Source: Copranaerobaculum intestinale (GTDB lineage: Bacteria; Bacillota_I; Bacilli_A; Erysipelotrichales; Erysipelotrichaceae). From it: a DNA stretch of 32,000 nt. Positions within the stretch are counted from its first letter, which is position 1, and each line of letters starts with the position of its first letter. A model generated the notes under the pieces. That model was not told where the DNA came from, did not search any database, and was given only the letters and a program-made list of their open reading frames with translations. The stretch lies in the NCBI RefSeq assembly GCF_009831105.1, contig NZ_WUUQ01000001.1, positions 390,001-422,000 on the forward strand, given 5' to 3'. This document shows positions 1-8,845 of this stretch, piece by piece. Both the position numbers and the translations under genes were made by a program.

Positions 1-544
1 AGATGTTGAGATCACCGAGCGCTCCGCCGGAAAACTCCGGATTAAAAATATTCGGATTTTCGCCGGCCAGGAATTTGTCATAGCGGGAGGAATACTGTGA
101 GAAGTTACACTGTACCATACGCAGCTTTCCCAGTTCTTCGATATGCTCCTGGATGGTTTTGAAGTTAGGCATATGTACCGTAACAATAGCCTCAAACAAA
201 AACAACTTTCTTGCTTTCGCAACCTCAGTCAGATGATCTAATTCAGCAGTCGTAGAAGTAAACGGCTTTTCACAGATAACGTTTTTATCAGCTTCCAGGG
301 CCTGCAGCGCATAATCATAATGCAGTGCGTTTGGTGAAGCAACATAGACAGTATCGATTTGTTCATCACACAGCATTTCATCGACATTCGTATATACTTT
401 TCCCACATGGAATTTATCGGCCAGAGCCTTTCCCTTTGCTTCACTGCGGGAATGAATGGCAATACACTCCACTCCTTCGTTTTGTTCAACCGCGGTTAAA
501 AACCATTCTGTTATAAAACTGGTACCGATTGTAGCTACTTTCAT
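1..544 (-). CDS. Gfo/Idh/MocA-family oxidoreductase, N-terminal 181 codons; the gene continues past the window start
   Basis: Minus-strand frame is open from ATG (complement 544-542) to the window edge. It is absent from the ORF track because it has no stop. GGAGGG SD at 552-557 (complement), 7 nt upstream. Translation MKVATIGTSFITEWF...IDTVYVASPNALHYDYALQALEADKNVICEKPF has the Rossmann N-terminus and EKP motif of this family. Confidence 0.8.
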   Translation of the reverse strand, partial: MKVATIGTSFITEWFLTAVEQNEGVECIAIHSRSEAKGKALADKFHVGKVYTNVDEMLCDEQIDTVYVASPNALHYDYALQALEADKNVICEKPFTSTTAELDHLTEVAKARKLFLFEAIVTVHMPNFKTIQEHIEELGKLRMVQCNFSQYSSRYDKFLAGENPNIFNPEFSGGALGDLNI

Positions 545-768
545 GGATAATCCCTCCTGTTTTTATGTTATAAATATAGCATAACTGGTGCGTAATAAAC
601 AGTCTTACGATAAAGGAGTTACGATTATATTTGTATGTATGTGTTATCGAACTCCGAACGGCCTCCTGCGATCATTAAATTTGCAGGTTATTATATTTAA
701 TTTAAACATCGTAGCAAATGTTGTATTCAAATGGTTTGCTTGTTAATAAACATCTTTTTACCTGATAA

Positions 769-777
769 TGGTATAAT
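769..777 (+). promoter_or_regulatory. Extended -10 promoter element (TGgTATAAT) for the HD-domain gene
   Basis: TG at 769-770 and TATAAT at 772-777, about 23 nt upstream of ATG 800. No good -35 was seen. Confidence 0.5.
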
Positions 778-799
778 GAAGCTGTGAGGTGATGCTGTT

Positions 800-2020
800 A
801 TGTTTGATCCGACAAATGAAGTAAAGGTCATGCGTGATCCGATCCATGGCTATATCCATGTGGATCTACAGGTAGTGTGGGACTGTATCAATGCTCGGGA
901 GTTTCAGCGGCTGCGCCGCATTCAGCAGTTGGGCGGAAGCTTTCAGGTGTATCATACTGCAGAGCATTCTCGTTTTTCTCATTCAATCGGTGTTTATGAA
1001 ATTATCCGGCGTATGGTAAATGAGATCGACGGCATTAAAAATATATTGAGTGATTACGAAAAAGCGACCGTTATGCTGGCGGGTCTGCTTCATGATGTAG
1101 GTCATGGGCCGTTTTCCCATGCATTTGAAGCGGTAAGCACCTGCAAGCATGAGGAATTTACCTGTCGCATTATTGAAGAGAATACCGAAATTCATCAGAT
1201 TTTGATACAAGCTGATCCATCGCTTCCTGAAGATATCGCAAAAATTATCCGTCACCGGCATCCCAATGAATTGTTGAATCAAATGGTTTCCGGCCAGCTC
1301 GATGCCGATCGCATGGACTATTTGCTGCGCGATGCTTATTTTACCGGAACCAGTTATGGCAATTTCGATTTGGAGCGTATTCTGCGGACGATCCGTGTTG
1401 TGGATAATAAAATGGTGGTTAAGGAAAGCGGCATTCATACTGTGGAAGACTATATCATGGCACGCTATCATATGTATTGGCAGGTATACTACCACCCGAC
1501 TGCCCGCAGCTATGAAAGCATTCTGGAGCTGTTGTTTCGGCGGATGAAAGACCTTTGGAAAAGCAATCGGAAGCTGCTGGATGAGGTAGTGATGTTCCAC
1601 GCCTTCCTGAAAGACACACCGGCCGATGTAGAAGAACATTATCGATTGGATGAGGCAGCTGCTTTCTATGGTTTTTCGCTATTGGAAAAAAGTCAGGATC
1701 CTATCTTGAAGGATTTATCAAGCCGACTGCTGAATCGCCATTTATTTGCCTATTGTACCCTTGAAAATGAAGCAGATGCGCAACGCATCAAGCAGCGTTT
1801 GACTGCTGACGGGTATGATATACGCTATTATTTCCTGTCGGATATCGCATCACAGCGCCCGTATCTTCCCTATCAGGGAGATGGCGGCCAAGCGATTTGG
1901 GTGCTGGCTCAAGATGGGCGAATTGTTGAACTGTCAGAAATATCCTTAATTGTAAAGGCACTTTGTGAGAGCAGACTTCAGGAAGATCACAAGGCCTTCT
2001 ACCCTGATTTCAGTGATTGA
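800..2020 (+). CDS. HD-domain phosphohydrolase (YwfO/dNTP triphosphohydrolase-like)
   Basis: 406-aa ORF with GAGGTGA SD 7 nt upstream. Motifs HSRFSHSIGV, LLHDVGHGPFSH and DADRMDYLLRD are typical of HD-superfamily dGTPase-like enzymes. Confidence 0.9.
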   Translation: MFDPTNEVKVMRDPIHGYIHVDLQVVWDCINAREFQRLRRIQQLGGSFQVYHTAEHSRFSHSIGVYEIIRRMVNEIDGIKNILSDYEKATVMLAGLLHDVGHGPFSHAFEAVSTCKHEEFTCRIIEENTEIHQILIQADPSLPEDIAKIIRHRHPNELLNQMVSGQLDADRMDYLLRDAYFTGTSYGNFDLERILRTIRVVDNKMVVKESGIHTVEDYIMARYHMYWQVYYHPTARSYESILELLFRRMKDLWKSNRKLLDEVVMFHAFLKDTPADVEEHYRLDEAAAFYGFSLLEKSQDPILKDLSSRLLNRHLFAYCTLENEADAQRIKQRLTADGYDIRYYFLSDIASQRPYLPYQGDGGQAIWVLAQDGRIVELSEISLIVKALCESRLQEDHKAFYPDFSD

Positions 2021-2030
2021 TAAGAAAAGC

Positions 2031-2063
2031 CTGTTTCATTTACTTAGTGAAACAGACTTTTTT
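2031..2063. terminator. Bidirectional intrinsic terminator between convergent genes
   Basis: CTGTTTCA (2031-2038) pairs with TGAAACAG (2048-2055) across a 9-nt loop. T-run 2058-2063 on the plus strand and a T-rich tract on the minus strand. Confidence 0.7.
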
Positions 2064-2067
2064 ATTT

Positions 2068-4380
2068 CTATCTTGTTTTCGGAAACCGCATGACAGCTTT
2101 AAACAAATCTCCGTCTACAGAGATATGAAAGCTTCCGCCTTGAATTTCAGTAAAGCTCTTGGAAATGGCAAGCCCTAATCCGCTGCCCTCAGTATTGCGG
2201 GATTTATCACCGCGGACAAAACGGTCAACGATATCACTTGGATCAAAGGTGATTTCAGTTGCGGACATATTCTTAAATGATAATTCAACCTGTTCACCGT
2301 AGTCTGTTACATCAATATAAACACGGCTTCCCGGCATTGCGTACTTACCGATATTAATGATGATATTAACCAGTACACGGTAGGTTTTCTGCGGATCGAG
2401 CATCATTAGGATTTTATCATCACTGTAGTTGGTCCGAATCGTTAAATTCTGACTCTGCAGCTTATCAGCATGTTCAACGAGAATCTGAGATATCAGTGAA
2501 ATGATATCGACTTCCTGAACATTCAGCTGAATATCACCGCTGTTTACCCGGCTTACTTCAAAGAGATCCTCGATCAGATGTTTCAGCCGAACTTCATTAC
2601 GTTCAAGGGTTATCAGATAATTCTGCCGTTCCTCATCACTGATATCCTCCTGCTTCAGCAGATCGGTATAGGTGATAATCGTGGTAAGCGGTGTTTTGAG
2701 ATCGTGAGATACATTGGAGATCAATTCCGTTTTCATTTTTTGACTCTTAACTTCATCTTCGATAGCATTCTTAAAGCTGTGTCGAATGCTGGAGATATCC
2801 TCTTTAAACGAATTGAAGATACCCAGATCCTGTTTGATTTCTTTATCGAGATCACCATTTGCAATATTTTTGGTTACCTGCAGAAGATTGCGGTAATTTT
2901 CTTTTACCCGGGTGATATAGCTACGGGCAATAAACATCAGTGCCAGAGAATACACACAGGCTAGGAAAATGCCCAATGAGGAAGGTACCAGATAAATCAT
3001 AATAAATAATAAGAAGAAATTTGCCAGAATAATTCCGACCAATCGGGCGCTGGAAGAATCATTGAGATCGATGCGGTCCAAATATCGAAATAGTTTTCCC
3101 ACCCCCTGCTTCAGATTGTGGAATACTTTATATAAGAAAGTATGTTTAAAGAATTTTCTCCATCCCAGCTTCCATGCTTTTTTAAAGGATATGACAGAAA
3201 GCAGTGCACTGGCATACAGCAGAAACAGGTACAGGAAATTAATCGCATATGGAAAGAACATATTTGATGTGTTAAATACATGTATAGCCCGATCCGGATA
3301 AGTTAACGGCATGACTTCGGGGATTCCTGCGATCAGATAGAAGAACGGTATCAGAATCCAGAAAATAGCTAACAGATCAAGCGGTATTTTACTGAATTCA
3401 AAAGCGATCGTACTGCTTTGAAGCAGCTTGACCGGTACCAGTAAAGCAATGATGATCACCGCGGCTAAAATGCTGAGCAAATAGACTACTGATTCTGACC
3501 AGTAATAACCGCTGTCGAAATATCCCAGCATATTGGCGATATCATCGTTATAAATAAGCTTTTCTGGTACAGCATATACAAATGTCATATTGCGAATGCC
3601 ATTAAAACGATAATCCTTTCGCAGCTGCTGGACTTCTTGCTGCGTCAAAGCTACATCAGATGTGTATATATCATTCGCATCGTTGCTGAAGAAGATCGGA
3701 AAATTTTCATTGAGAAATATTTCCTGTTCGGTTCGATACATATAATCCGTCATTTTTACTTTTGAAGAAGATTGATTTTTGATCGAAGCAATTCCATCAT
3801 TATCATAGGAAATGGTTATGACCCACTGATAATGATAGCGGGTTCCATCCTTGTCTTTGCTGGATTTACTGACCGTACCAACTTTGCCTGCATAAGTTTT
3901 CAGATTGATACCGTTCGGTATGGAATCGACATCATTGCTGGATACCTGCACCTGATTTGTCACTGTATCTGCTGCATAGTAGACAAGATTCTGGCAGTTA
4001 TACTTTAAAGTTGTGTCCCACTGCTGAACGGTGGTATCTAGTGAACCGGAGATATATTTTGCGTTTGCCTTAGCCAAGGCTTGGCTTTCTTTCGATTCAT
4101 CACTTTGCGTTTCCGATGTGCTTTCACGAGCGCTTTCACTCGGCGCAATGTAGACATCAGATGGCGTTCGGCTTGTTTCGCCTGGCTGTCCGGCATTTGC
4201 CATATTATAGTGAATAGCATAGTTGGCCGCGAGAATTGTACGAACCAGATTGTTGCTGTAATCGTATTCATTTAGGCTGTCGACACTCTTTTTGATTTCA
4301 GGGTACTGCGAAAGCATAACCCCGCTTGCGGTGACTGCAACCAATAGAATGAATAATGTGGCGATAATTCTGCGTTTCAT
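2068..4380 (-). CDS. Sensor histidine kinase with a large N-terminal extracytoplasmic region and a multi-pass membrane block
   Basis: 770-aa ORF with H-box SHDLKTPLT and a C-terminal HATPase_c region (GSGLGLAISK). N-terminal signal/TM segment, then ~280 aa of hydrophilic sequence, then several hydrophobic segments. Lies 17 nt downstream of the response regulator gene. Confidence 0.9.
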   Translation of the reverse strand: MKRRIIATLFILLVAVTASGVMLSQYPEIKKSVDSLNEYDYSNNLVRTILAANYAIHYNMANAGQPGETSRTPSDVYIAPSESARESTSETQSDESKESQALAKANAKYISGSLDTTVQQWDTTLKYNCQNLVYYAADTVTNQVQVSSNDVDSIPNGINLKTYAGKVGTVSKSSKDKDGTRYHYQWVITISYDNDGIASIKNQSSSKVKMTDYMYRTEQEIFLNENFPIFFSNDANDIYTSDVALTQQEVQQLRKDYRFNGIRNMTFVYAVPEKLIYNDDIANMLGYFDSGYYWSESVVYLLSILAAVIIIALLVPVKLLQSSTIAFEFSKIPLDLLAIFWILIPFFYLIAGIPEVMPLTYPDRAIHVFNTSNMFFPYAINFLYLFLLYASALLSVISFKKAWKLGWRKFFKHTFLYKVFHNLKQGVGKLFRYLDRIDLNDSSSARLVGIILANFFLLFIMIYLVPSSLGIFLACVYSLALMFIARSYITRVKENYRNLLQVTKNIANGDLDKEIKQDLGIFNSFKEDISSIRHSFKNAIEDEVKSQKMKTELISNVSHDLKTPLTTIITYTDLLKQEDISDEERQNYLITLERNEVRLKHLIEDLFEVSRVNSGDIQLNVQEVDIISLISQILVEHADKLQSQNLTIRTNYSDDKILMMLDPQKTYRVLVNIIINIGKYAMPGSRVYIDVTDYGEQVELSFKNMSATEITFDPSDIVDRFVRGDKSRNTEGSGLGLAISKSFTEIQGGSFHISVDGDLFKAVMRFPKTR

Positions 4381-4397
4381 AATTCATCACTCATTTC

Positions 4398-5099
4398 TTA
4401 GACCTTTTCCATTTTATAGCCAACGCCCCATACTACTTTGATATAGCGGGGGTTTTTTGGATCAATTTCGATTTTTTCACGAATGTTGCGGATGTGAACC
4501 ATGACAGTTTCTGTACTGATGGCACTTTCATGCCAAACATTTTCATATATCTCATCTGCGGAGTATACTCTTCCCGGATGCTGCATCAGCAATTCCAGAA
4601 TGCGAAACTCGATAGGTGTAACCTTGATCGGTTCCCCATCCACACTGACTTCCTTAGAATCCAGATTGAGTTCCAAACCGCCGATTACATAACCATTGAT
4701 CTCACTCTCTTGTCCATTTTTTAAATCCAGGAAGCGCTGATAGCGGCGCAGCTGTGAATTCACCCTTGCTAACAGCTCCATTGGCGTAAAAGGCTTTGTT
4801 ATATAATCATCAGCGCCGATGTTCAAGCCGGTGATTTTATCAATATCCTCTGATTTGGCGGATAAGAATATGATCGGAAAATCGTAAAGTTCTCTTGCTT
4901 TCATGGTCATGGAAATGCCGTCCATGATCGGCATCATCACATCTACGATTGCCAGATGAATATCATAGACGGCCATTGTATCAAGCCCCTCTTTCCCATT
5001 GAAGGCCTGAACTACCTCATAACCCTGATTTTTCAAATAAATCTGAATGGCATCATTGATTTCTTTTTCATCTTCTACGACCAAAATGCGGTAATCCAT
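4398..5099 (-). CDS. OmpR/PhoB-family response regulator
   Basis: 233 aa. Receiver domain (VVEDE, VDVMMP, ADDYITKPF) plus a winged-helix C-terminus (VWGVGYK). GAGGGA SD upstream. Confidence 0.95.
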   Translation of the reverse strand: MDYRILVVEDEKEINDAIQIYLKNQGYEVVQAFNGKEGLDTMAVYDIHLAIVDVMMPIMDGISMTMKARELYDFPIIFLSAKSEDIDKITGLNIGADDYITKPFTPMELLARVNSQLRRYQRFLDLKNGQESEINGYVIGGLELNLDSKEVSVDGEPIKVTPIEFRILELLMQHPGRVYSADEIYENVWHESAISTETVMVHIRNIREKIEIDPKNPRYIKVVWGVGYKMEKV

Positions 5100-5149
5100 A
5101 GCTATCCCTCTTTTCTATCCCCTATTATACATGAAACAAACAGCTTACA

Positions 5150-5284
5150 CTAATGGTAATACTGATCCTGACGAATTGTATCATCATCCTTTTTGCCCAT
5201 GATATACAGGCAGGTGATGATTACCAAAAGAAACCCCAGAATAAAAAAGACAGAACCGATTATGGTTACGATGGTATCAATCAT
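5150..5284 (-). CDS. Small single-pass membrane protein (44 aa), candidate first gene of the RR-HK operon
   Basis: Hand-translated: MIDTIVTIIGSVFFILGFLLVIITCLYIMGKKDDDTIRQDQYYH, stop TAG. GGTGA SD (complement 5291-5295) lies 6 nt before the ATG. One hydrophobic helix followed by a charged tail. Below the ORF-track size cutoff. Confidence 0.5.
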   Translation of the reverse strand: MIDTIVTIIGSVFFILGFLLVIITCLYIMGKKDDDTIRQDQYYH

Positions 5285-5351
5285 TTTACATCACCTTTCT
5301 TAGTTACTCTGAGTATACCCAGGAATTATAAAATCTACCGGTAGAGAAACA

Positions 5352-5370
5352 TAAAGAATTTCTAAAGAAT
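5352..5370 (+). promoter_or_regulatory. Tandem direct repeat TAAAGAAT-N3-TAAAGAAT; candidate OmpR-family response-regulator binding site
   Basis: Perfect 8-mers at 5352-5359 and 5363-5370 with 11-bp periodicity. They end exactly where the -35 hexamer of the ABC promoter should sit. Confidence 0.4.
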
Positions 5371-5399
5371 ATACAAGCATTGAACATTCATGCTATACT
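5371..5399 (+). promoter_or_regulatory. Promoter of the ABC transporter operon (weak -35, extended -10)
   Basis: ATACAA (5371-5376), 17-nt spacer including TG at 5391-5392, then TATACT (5394-5399). The predicted 5' UTR of ~20 nt contains GGGAGG. Confidence 0.45.
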
Positions 5400-5426
5400 G
5401 AAACTACTTTTAGGGAGGATTTGCTT

Positions 5427-6134
5427 ATGCAGCTGATCTGTGATCATATCAACAAATCATTCAATGAAAAGAAGGTTTTACAGGATGTCAGCATCACCTT
5501 TGAAAAAGGAAAAATCTATGGTCTTTTGGGCCGCAACGGAGCCGGGAAGACTACTCTTTTCAACTGTATTTCCAAAGAATTGCCGATGGACAGCGGAAGC
5601 TGTTATCTGAAAGATCAAGATCGAGTACGGCAGATTGATGAGAGTGATATCGGATTTGTATTTTCAACTCCGGTACTTCCTGATTTTTTGACTGGATATG
5701 AGTTTATAAAGTTTTATATGGAAGCCAATGCGGCGTATATTCATGATGCGCGTTCTATAGACGAATACTTTGATCTGGTGAAAATAGACGAAACAGATCG
5801 ACATCGGCTTATCAAGGAATATTCACATGGAATGAAAAATAAAGTGCAGATGCTGTGTTTTATCATAGCGAAACCGCTTGTGGTGCTGTTGGATGAGCCG
5901 CTGACCTCCTTCGATGTGGTTGTTGCACTGGAAATGAAAAATTTGCTGCGGCAGATGCGGCAGGAGCATATTTTGATCTTTTCTACACATGTGCTGCAGC
6001 TTGCCACTGATTTGTGTGATGAAATTGTAATTTTGCACAACGGCAGCTTACAGACGCTGGATGAGGAAACGATGCATAGTCCCAATTTTGAAGCAGAAAT
6101 CGTGGAGATCTTGAAGGATGAGCCCCATGCTTAA
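5427..6134 (+). CDS. ABC transporter ATP-binding protein
   Basis: Walker A GRNGAGKTT, signature-like YSHGMKNKV, Walker B VLLDEP, H-loop STHV. I prefer ATG 5427 (8 nt after GGGAGG 5413-5418) over the ORF-track TTG at 5421. Confidence 0.9.
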   Translation: MQLICDHINKSFNEKKVLQDVSITFEKGKIYGLLGRNGAGKTTLFNCISKELPMDSGSCYLKDQDRVRQIDESDIGFVFSTPVLPDFLTGYEFIKFYMEANAAYIHDARSIDEYFDLVKIDETDRHRLIKEYSHGMKNKVQMLCFIIAKPLVVLLDEPLTSFDVVVALEMKNLLRQMRQEHILIFSTHVLQLATDLCDEIVILHNGSLQTLDEETMHSPNFEAEIVEILKDEPHA

Positions 6135-7722
6135 ATGTTTTCTTACAACCTATCGGATTCGGCTCAGCACAGCGGTAAACCGCTGGATTTATTATCTGCG
6201 GAAAATTCCGCTCATCAAGCATCTGTTTCCTGCCTCACTTTATCATAAAACCGGCTTAAAAGACGGTCTGTCCTGTATTATGGTTTTGTATGCCGTTTTG
6301 TCAGAGCTATTCAAAAAGAGCTTCTATATTGCCGTGCTGTATGGTTTGGTCATCATGAACGTTCCGCCCGATGGACCTCGGTTAGCCGCTTTTCTGCAGC
6401 TATTTCTATTCTTTAGTGTCATCGGCGGTTCCATGAATAATCTAATGATGTTTCAGACCGATGAATTACGCCGGATGTTTTTAAAAATCATGCGTTTTGA
6501 CAGCTCGCTTTACATTAGAACCTATGTATATAGTGAATATCTCATGTATACGGTGTTCATGCTTCCCGGCATGATCATTGCCATTTTGCTTTTTGATGGG
6601 AATATACTGCTGGCGCCGGCGCTGCTTTCCCTGGCATTGGGTGCTCATACGGCCATTGACTATCTCCAGATGAAATGGTTTGAAAAACGCCATACCCTGC
6701 CGCTTATCAAGCATAATATCAAGATTGTTTTCATCTCCTTTGTAGTATTTATCGCAGGCATTGTACTCATCATGCAGGACTGGATTTTGCAACCGCTTGT
6801 CAATATTTGTTATATCGGCTTCCTCGGCATCCCGATCACTGCGGCAGTTTTTATGAAAATAAACCGCTATCCGTATTTCAGTGAGGCAAGTCAGCTCTCT
6901 ATCAACTATTTTAATCAAATGATTTCTGCGGCCGGAACCGGTGATTCAGCCTTTCAAGATGTAGTGATTCGAGATAAAGATATAGCAGAGATGACGAGTG
7001 ACAGAAATACCTTTGCGAACCGGCATGGATATGAATACCTGAATGCCTTGTTTTTTCATCGTCAAAAACGGATATTCTTTCGTCCGGTGCGCAATCGTTT
7101 GCTGATTCTTACTGCGCTTGCTCTGTTTATTATCATATTGGGCAGGATCATCAAGGTCAGCGATCAAGCTGCGGCTTCTTTAAACGCGCTTTTCCCGGGG
7201 CTTGTCTTTATCATGTATATTATGAATATCGGTATTCGAGCGACCCGTTCGCTATTTTATAACTGTGACGCGTCACTGCTTCAATACAGCTTCTATCGAC
7301 GCAAGGACGCGGTTTTGAAAAACTTTGCGATTCGCCTTCGCCATCTGGTAACATACAACATGATACCTGCCGCCGTTCTCTGTATCTATCTGACAGTTGG
7401 TATATCGGTTTTGCATATACCGATTAGTGCCGCTGATATGGCGATCTCGATCATAACGATTTTATTGCTGTCTGTGCTGTTTTCGGTACACTATTTATTT
7501 TTGTACTATGTTTTTCAGCCATTTACAAAAGATTATAATGAAAAGAATCCTTTCTATACGATTTTAAATAATGCAATGTATATCGTATGTCTTACCGTCA
7601 TGAATCTGCATGTGGAGATTGCGAATTTTGTTATCTATGTTTTTCTATTTACGATCACGTATATTCTGATCGCATTGTTCTGTGTATATCGTTATGCACC
7701 GAAAACCTTTCGTATCAAGTAA
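6118..7722 (+). CDS. Multi-pass membrane protein, putative ABC exporter permease partner
   Basis: 534-aa strongly hydrophobic ORF that overlaps the ATPase gene end by 17 nt (alternative ATG at 6127). Size and context resemble the 'putative ABC exporter' membrane family. The family assignment is from memory and was not searched. Confidence 0.7.
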   Translation: MSPMLKCFLTTYRIRLSTAVNRWIYYLRKIPLIKHLFPASLYHKTGLKDGLSCIMVLYAVLSELFKKSFYIAVLYGLVIMNVPPDGPRLAAFLQLFLFFSVIGGSMNNLMMFQTDELRRMFLKIMRFDSSLYIRTYVYSEYLMYTVFMLPGMIIAILLFDGNILLAPALLSLALGAHTAIDYLQMKWFEKRHTLPLIKHNIKIVFISFVVFIAGIVLIMQDWILQPLVNICYIGFLGIPITAAVFMKINRYPYFSEASQLSINYFNQMISAAGTGDSAFQDVVIRDKDIAEMTSDRNTFANRHGYEYLNALFFHRQKRIFFRPVRNRLLILTALALFIIILGRIIKVSDQAAASLNALFPGLVFIMYIMNIGIRATRSLFYNCDASLLQYSFYRRKDAVLKNFAIRLRHLVTYNMIPAAVLCIYLTVGISVLHIPISAADMAISIITILLLSVLFSVHYLFLYYVFQPFTKDYNEKNPFYTILNNAMYIVCLTVMNLHVEIANFVIYVFLFTITYILIALFCVYRYAPKTFRIK

Positions 7723-7730
7723 ATTCATAA

Positions 7731-7754
7731 GGGCGGTAAATTGACCGCCTTTTC
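7731..7754 (+). terminator. Intrinsic terminator of the ABC operon
   Basis: GGCGGT (7732-7737) pairs with ACCGCC (7744-7749), followed by TTTT. Confidence 0.8.
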
Positions 7755-7761
7755 TTACGTG

Positions 7762-7770
7762 TGCTATACT
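7762..7770 (+). promoter_or_regulatory. Extended -10 (TGcTATACT) for miaA
   Basis: TG at 7762-7763 and TATACT at 7765-7770. This places the ORF-track start (7761) inside the promoter. Confidence 0.5.
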
Positions 7771-7796
7771 TGAAACACAAGAAATGGGGAATCGTT

Positions 7797-8702
7797 ATGA
7801 AACCAAAAATTTTATCTGTTGTGGGCACCAACGCATCGGGAAAAAGTGATCTGGCGGTAAAGCTTGCTTTGCATTTTAACGGCGAAGTGATTTCCGCGGA
7901 TTCACGGCAGCTTTACCGGGGACTGGATTTGGGTACTGGAAAGCTTACAATCGATGAAATGCAGGGCGTTCCTCATTATATGATCGATATTCTGGATGTG
8001 AATACGATGTATTCGGTTGTGGATTATCAAAGAGAAGTATATCGAATCATTGATGATATCTTGTCTCGAGGGAAACTGCCGATCATTGCCGGGGGTACCG
8101 GTCTTTATACACGTGCCGTAGTAAAGGGTTATACCTTTCGTGATGTACCGCAAAATGATGAACTGCGGGAACGGCTGGAAACCAAAACTACCGAGGAATT
8201 GTATGAAGAGCTGAAGAATATTTCTGAAGCAGCCGCAGCCCGCAATACCGCAAGCAACCGCAGACGCATTATTCGGGCATTGGAGAAATATTACACGATT
8301 GGTGAAGCAGGACTAGAAGAGGGATTTGAACCGCGCTATGAAGCGCTTCAGCTAGGTGTTACCTGGCCCAATGAAATTTTGCATAAGCGGATTGATGAAC
8401 GGATGAAACGCCGTTTTGATCAGGGGATGCTGGAAGAGGTTAAGGAGCTTTTACGGCAGGGAGCAACCGGTGAATTTTTAGAAGCCTTGGGATTGGAATA
8501 CCGTTATATATATCGTTATATCAGCGGTGATTATAAGACGAAGGATGAACTGTATGAAGCACTTGGAAGAGCGATCAAGCGCTTTGCGAAGCAGCAGAAA
8601 ACATGGTTTCGTAAAGATCAGGATATTCATTGGCTGACAATGGATCAACAGCCGTTTGAAGAGGCAGTCAGGCTCGTTGAAAACTACCTGAGTGAATCGT
8701 AG
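7797..8702 (+). CDS. miaA: tRNA dimethylallyltransferase
   Basis: P-loop GTNASGKS, then ISADSRQLYRGLDLGTGK and GVPHYMIDI, as in MiaA. Start moved to ATG 7797, 6 nt after the GGGGA SD. Confidence 0.9.
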   Translation: MKPKILSVVGTNASGKSDLAVKLALHFNGEVISADSRQLYRGLDLGTGKLTIDEMQGVPHYMIDILDVNTMYSVVDYQREVYRIIDDILSRGKLPIIAGGTGLYTRAVVKGYTFRDVPQNDELRERLETKTTEELYEELKNISEAAAARNTASNRRRIIRALEKYYTIGEAGLEEGFEPRYEALQLGVTWPNEILHKRIDERMKRRFDQGMLEEVKELLRQGATGEFLEALGLEYRYIYRYISGDYKTKDELYEALGRAIKRFAKQQKTWFRKDQDIHWLTMDQQPFEEAVRLVENYLSES

Positions 8703-8723
8703 GTCAACTGGTATACAAAAAGA

Positions 8724-8745
8724 AAAGGGCGTGATGCCCTTTTTC
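8724..8745 (+). terminator. Intrinsic terminator after miaA
   Basis: AAGGGC (8725-8730) pairs with GCCCTT (8736-8741), followed by a T-run. Confidence 0.7.
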
Positions 8746-8845
8746 AATTCTTAATAATTCTGAAGAACGAGCTTAAAATTATGAAACATTCCCCATTTTC
8801 GATGTGGGTATTATATAATGAAGGTACATAAAGGGGTAAAAGACT

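Noticed and set aside
983-1639. 218-aa antisense ORF inside the HD-domain gene; similar antisense ORFs occur at 22716-23231 and 27303-27767
   Set aside because: These overlap confidently identified genes (HD hydrolase, AgrC-like kinase, fhs), lack SDs and have low-complexity shadow-frame composition.
5153-5344. 63-aa plus-strand ORF in the TCS/ABC intergenic region
   Set aside because: It has no SD and would run across the divergent promoter region. The opposite strand carries a better-supported 44-aa membrane ORF with a GGTGA SD.
7761-7796. N-terminal extensions in the ORF track: miaA at 7761, DUF1934 at 13441, rpoE at 13883, fba at 14484, ABC ATPase at 5421, lipoprotein at 18612, map at 18727
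   Set aside because: In each case an internal ATG or GTG has a properly spaced SD, and/or the extension overlaps a promoter -10 box or disrupts the expected N-terminus (P-loop, lipobox signal peptide). The shorter starts are used in the feature list.
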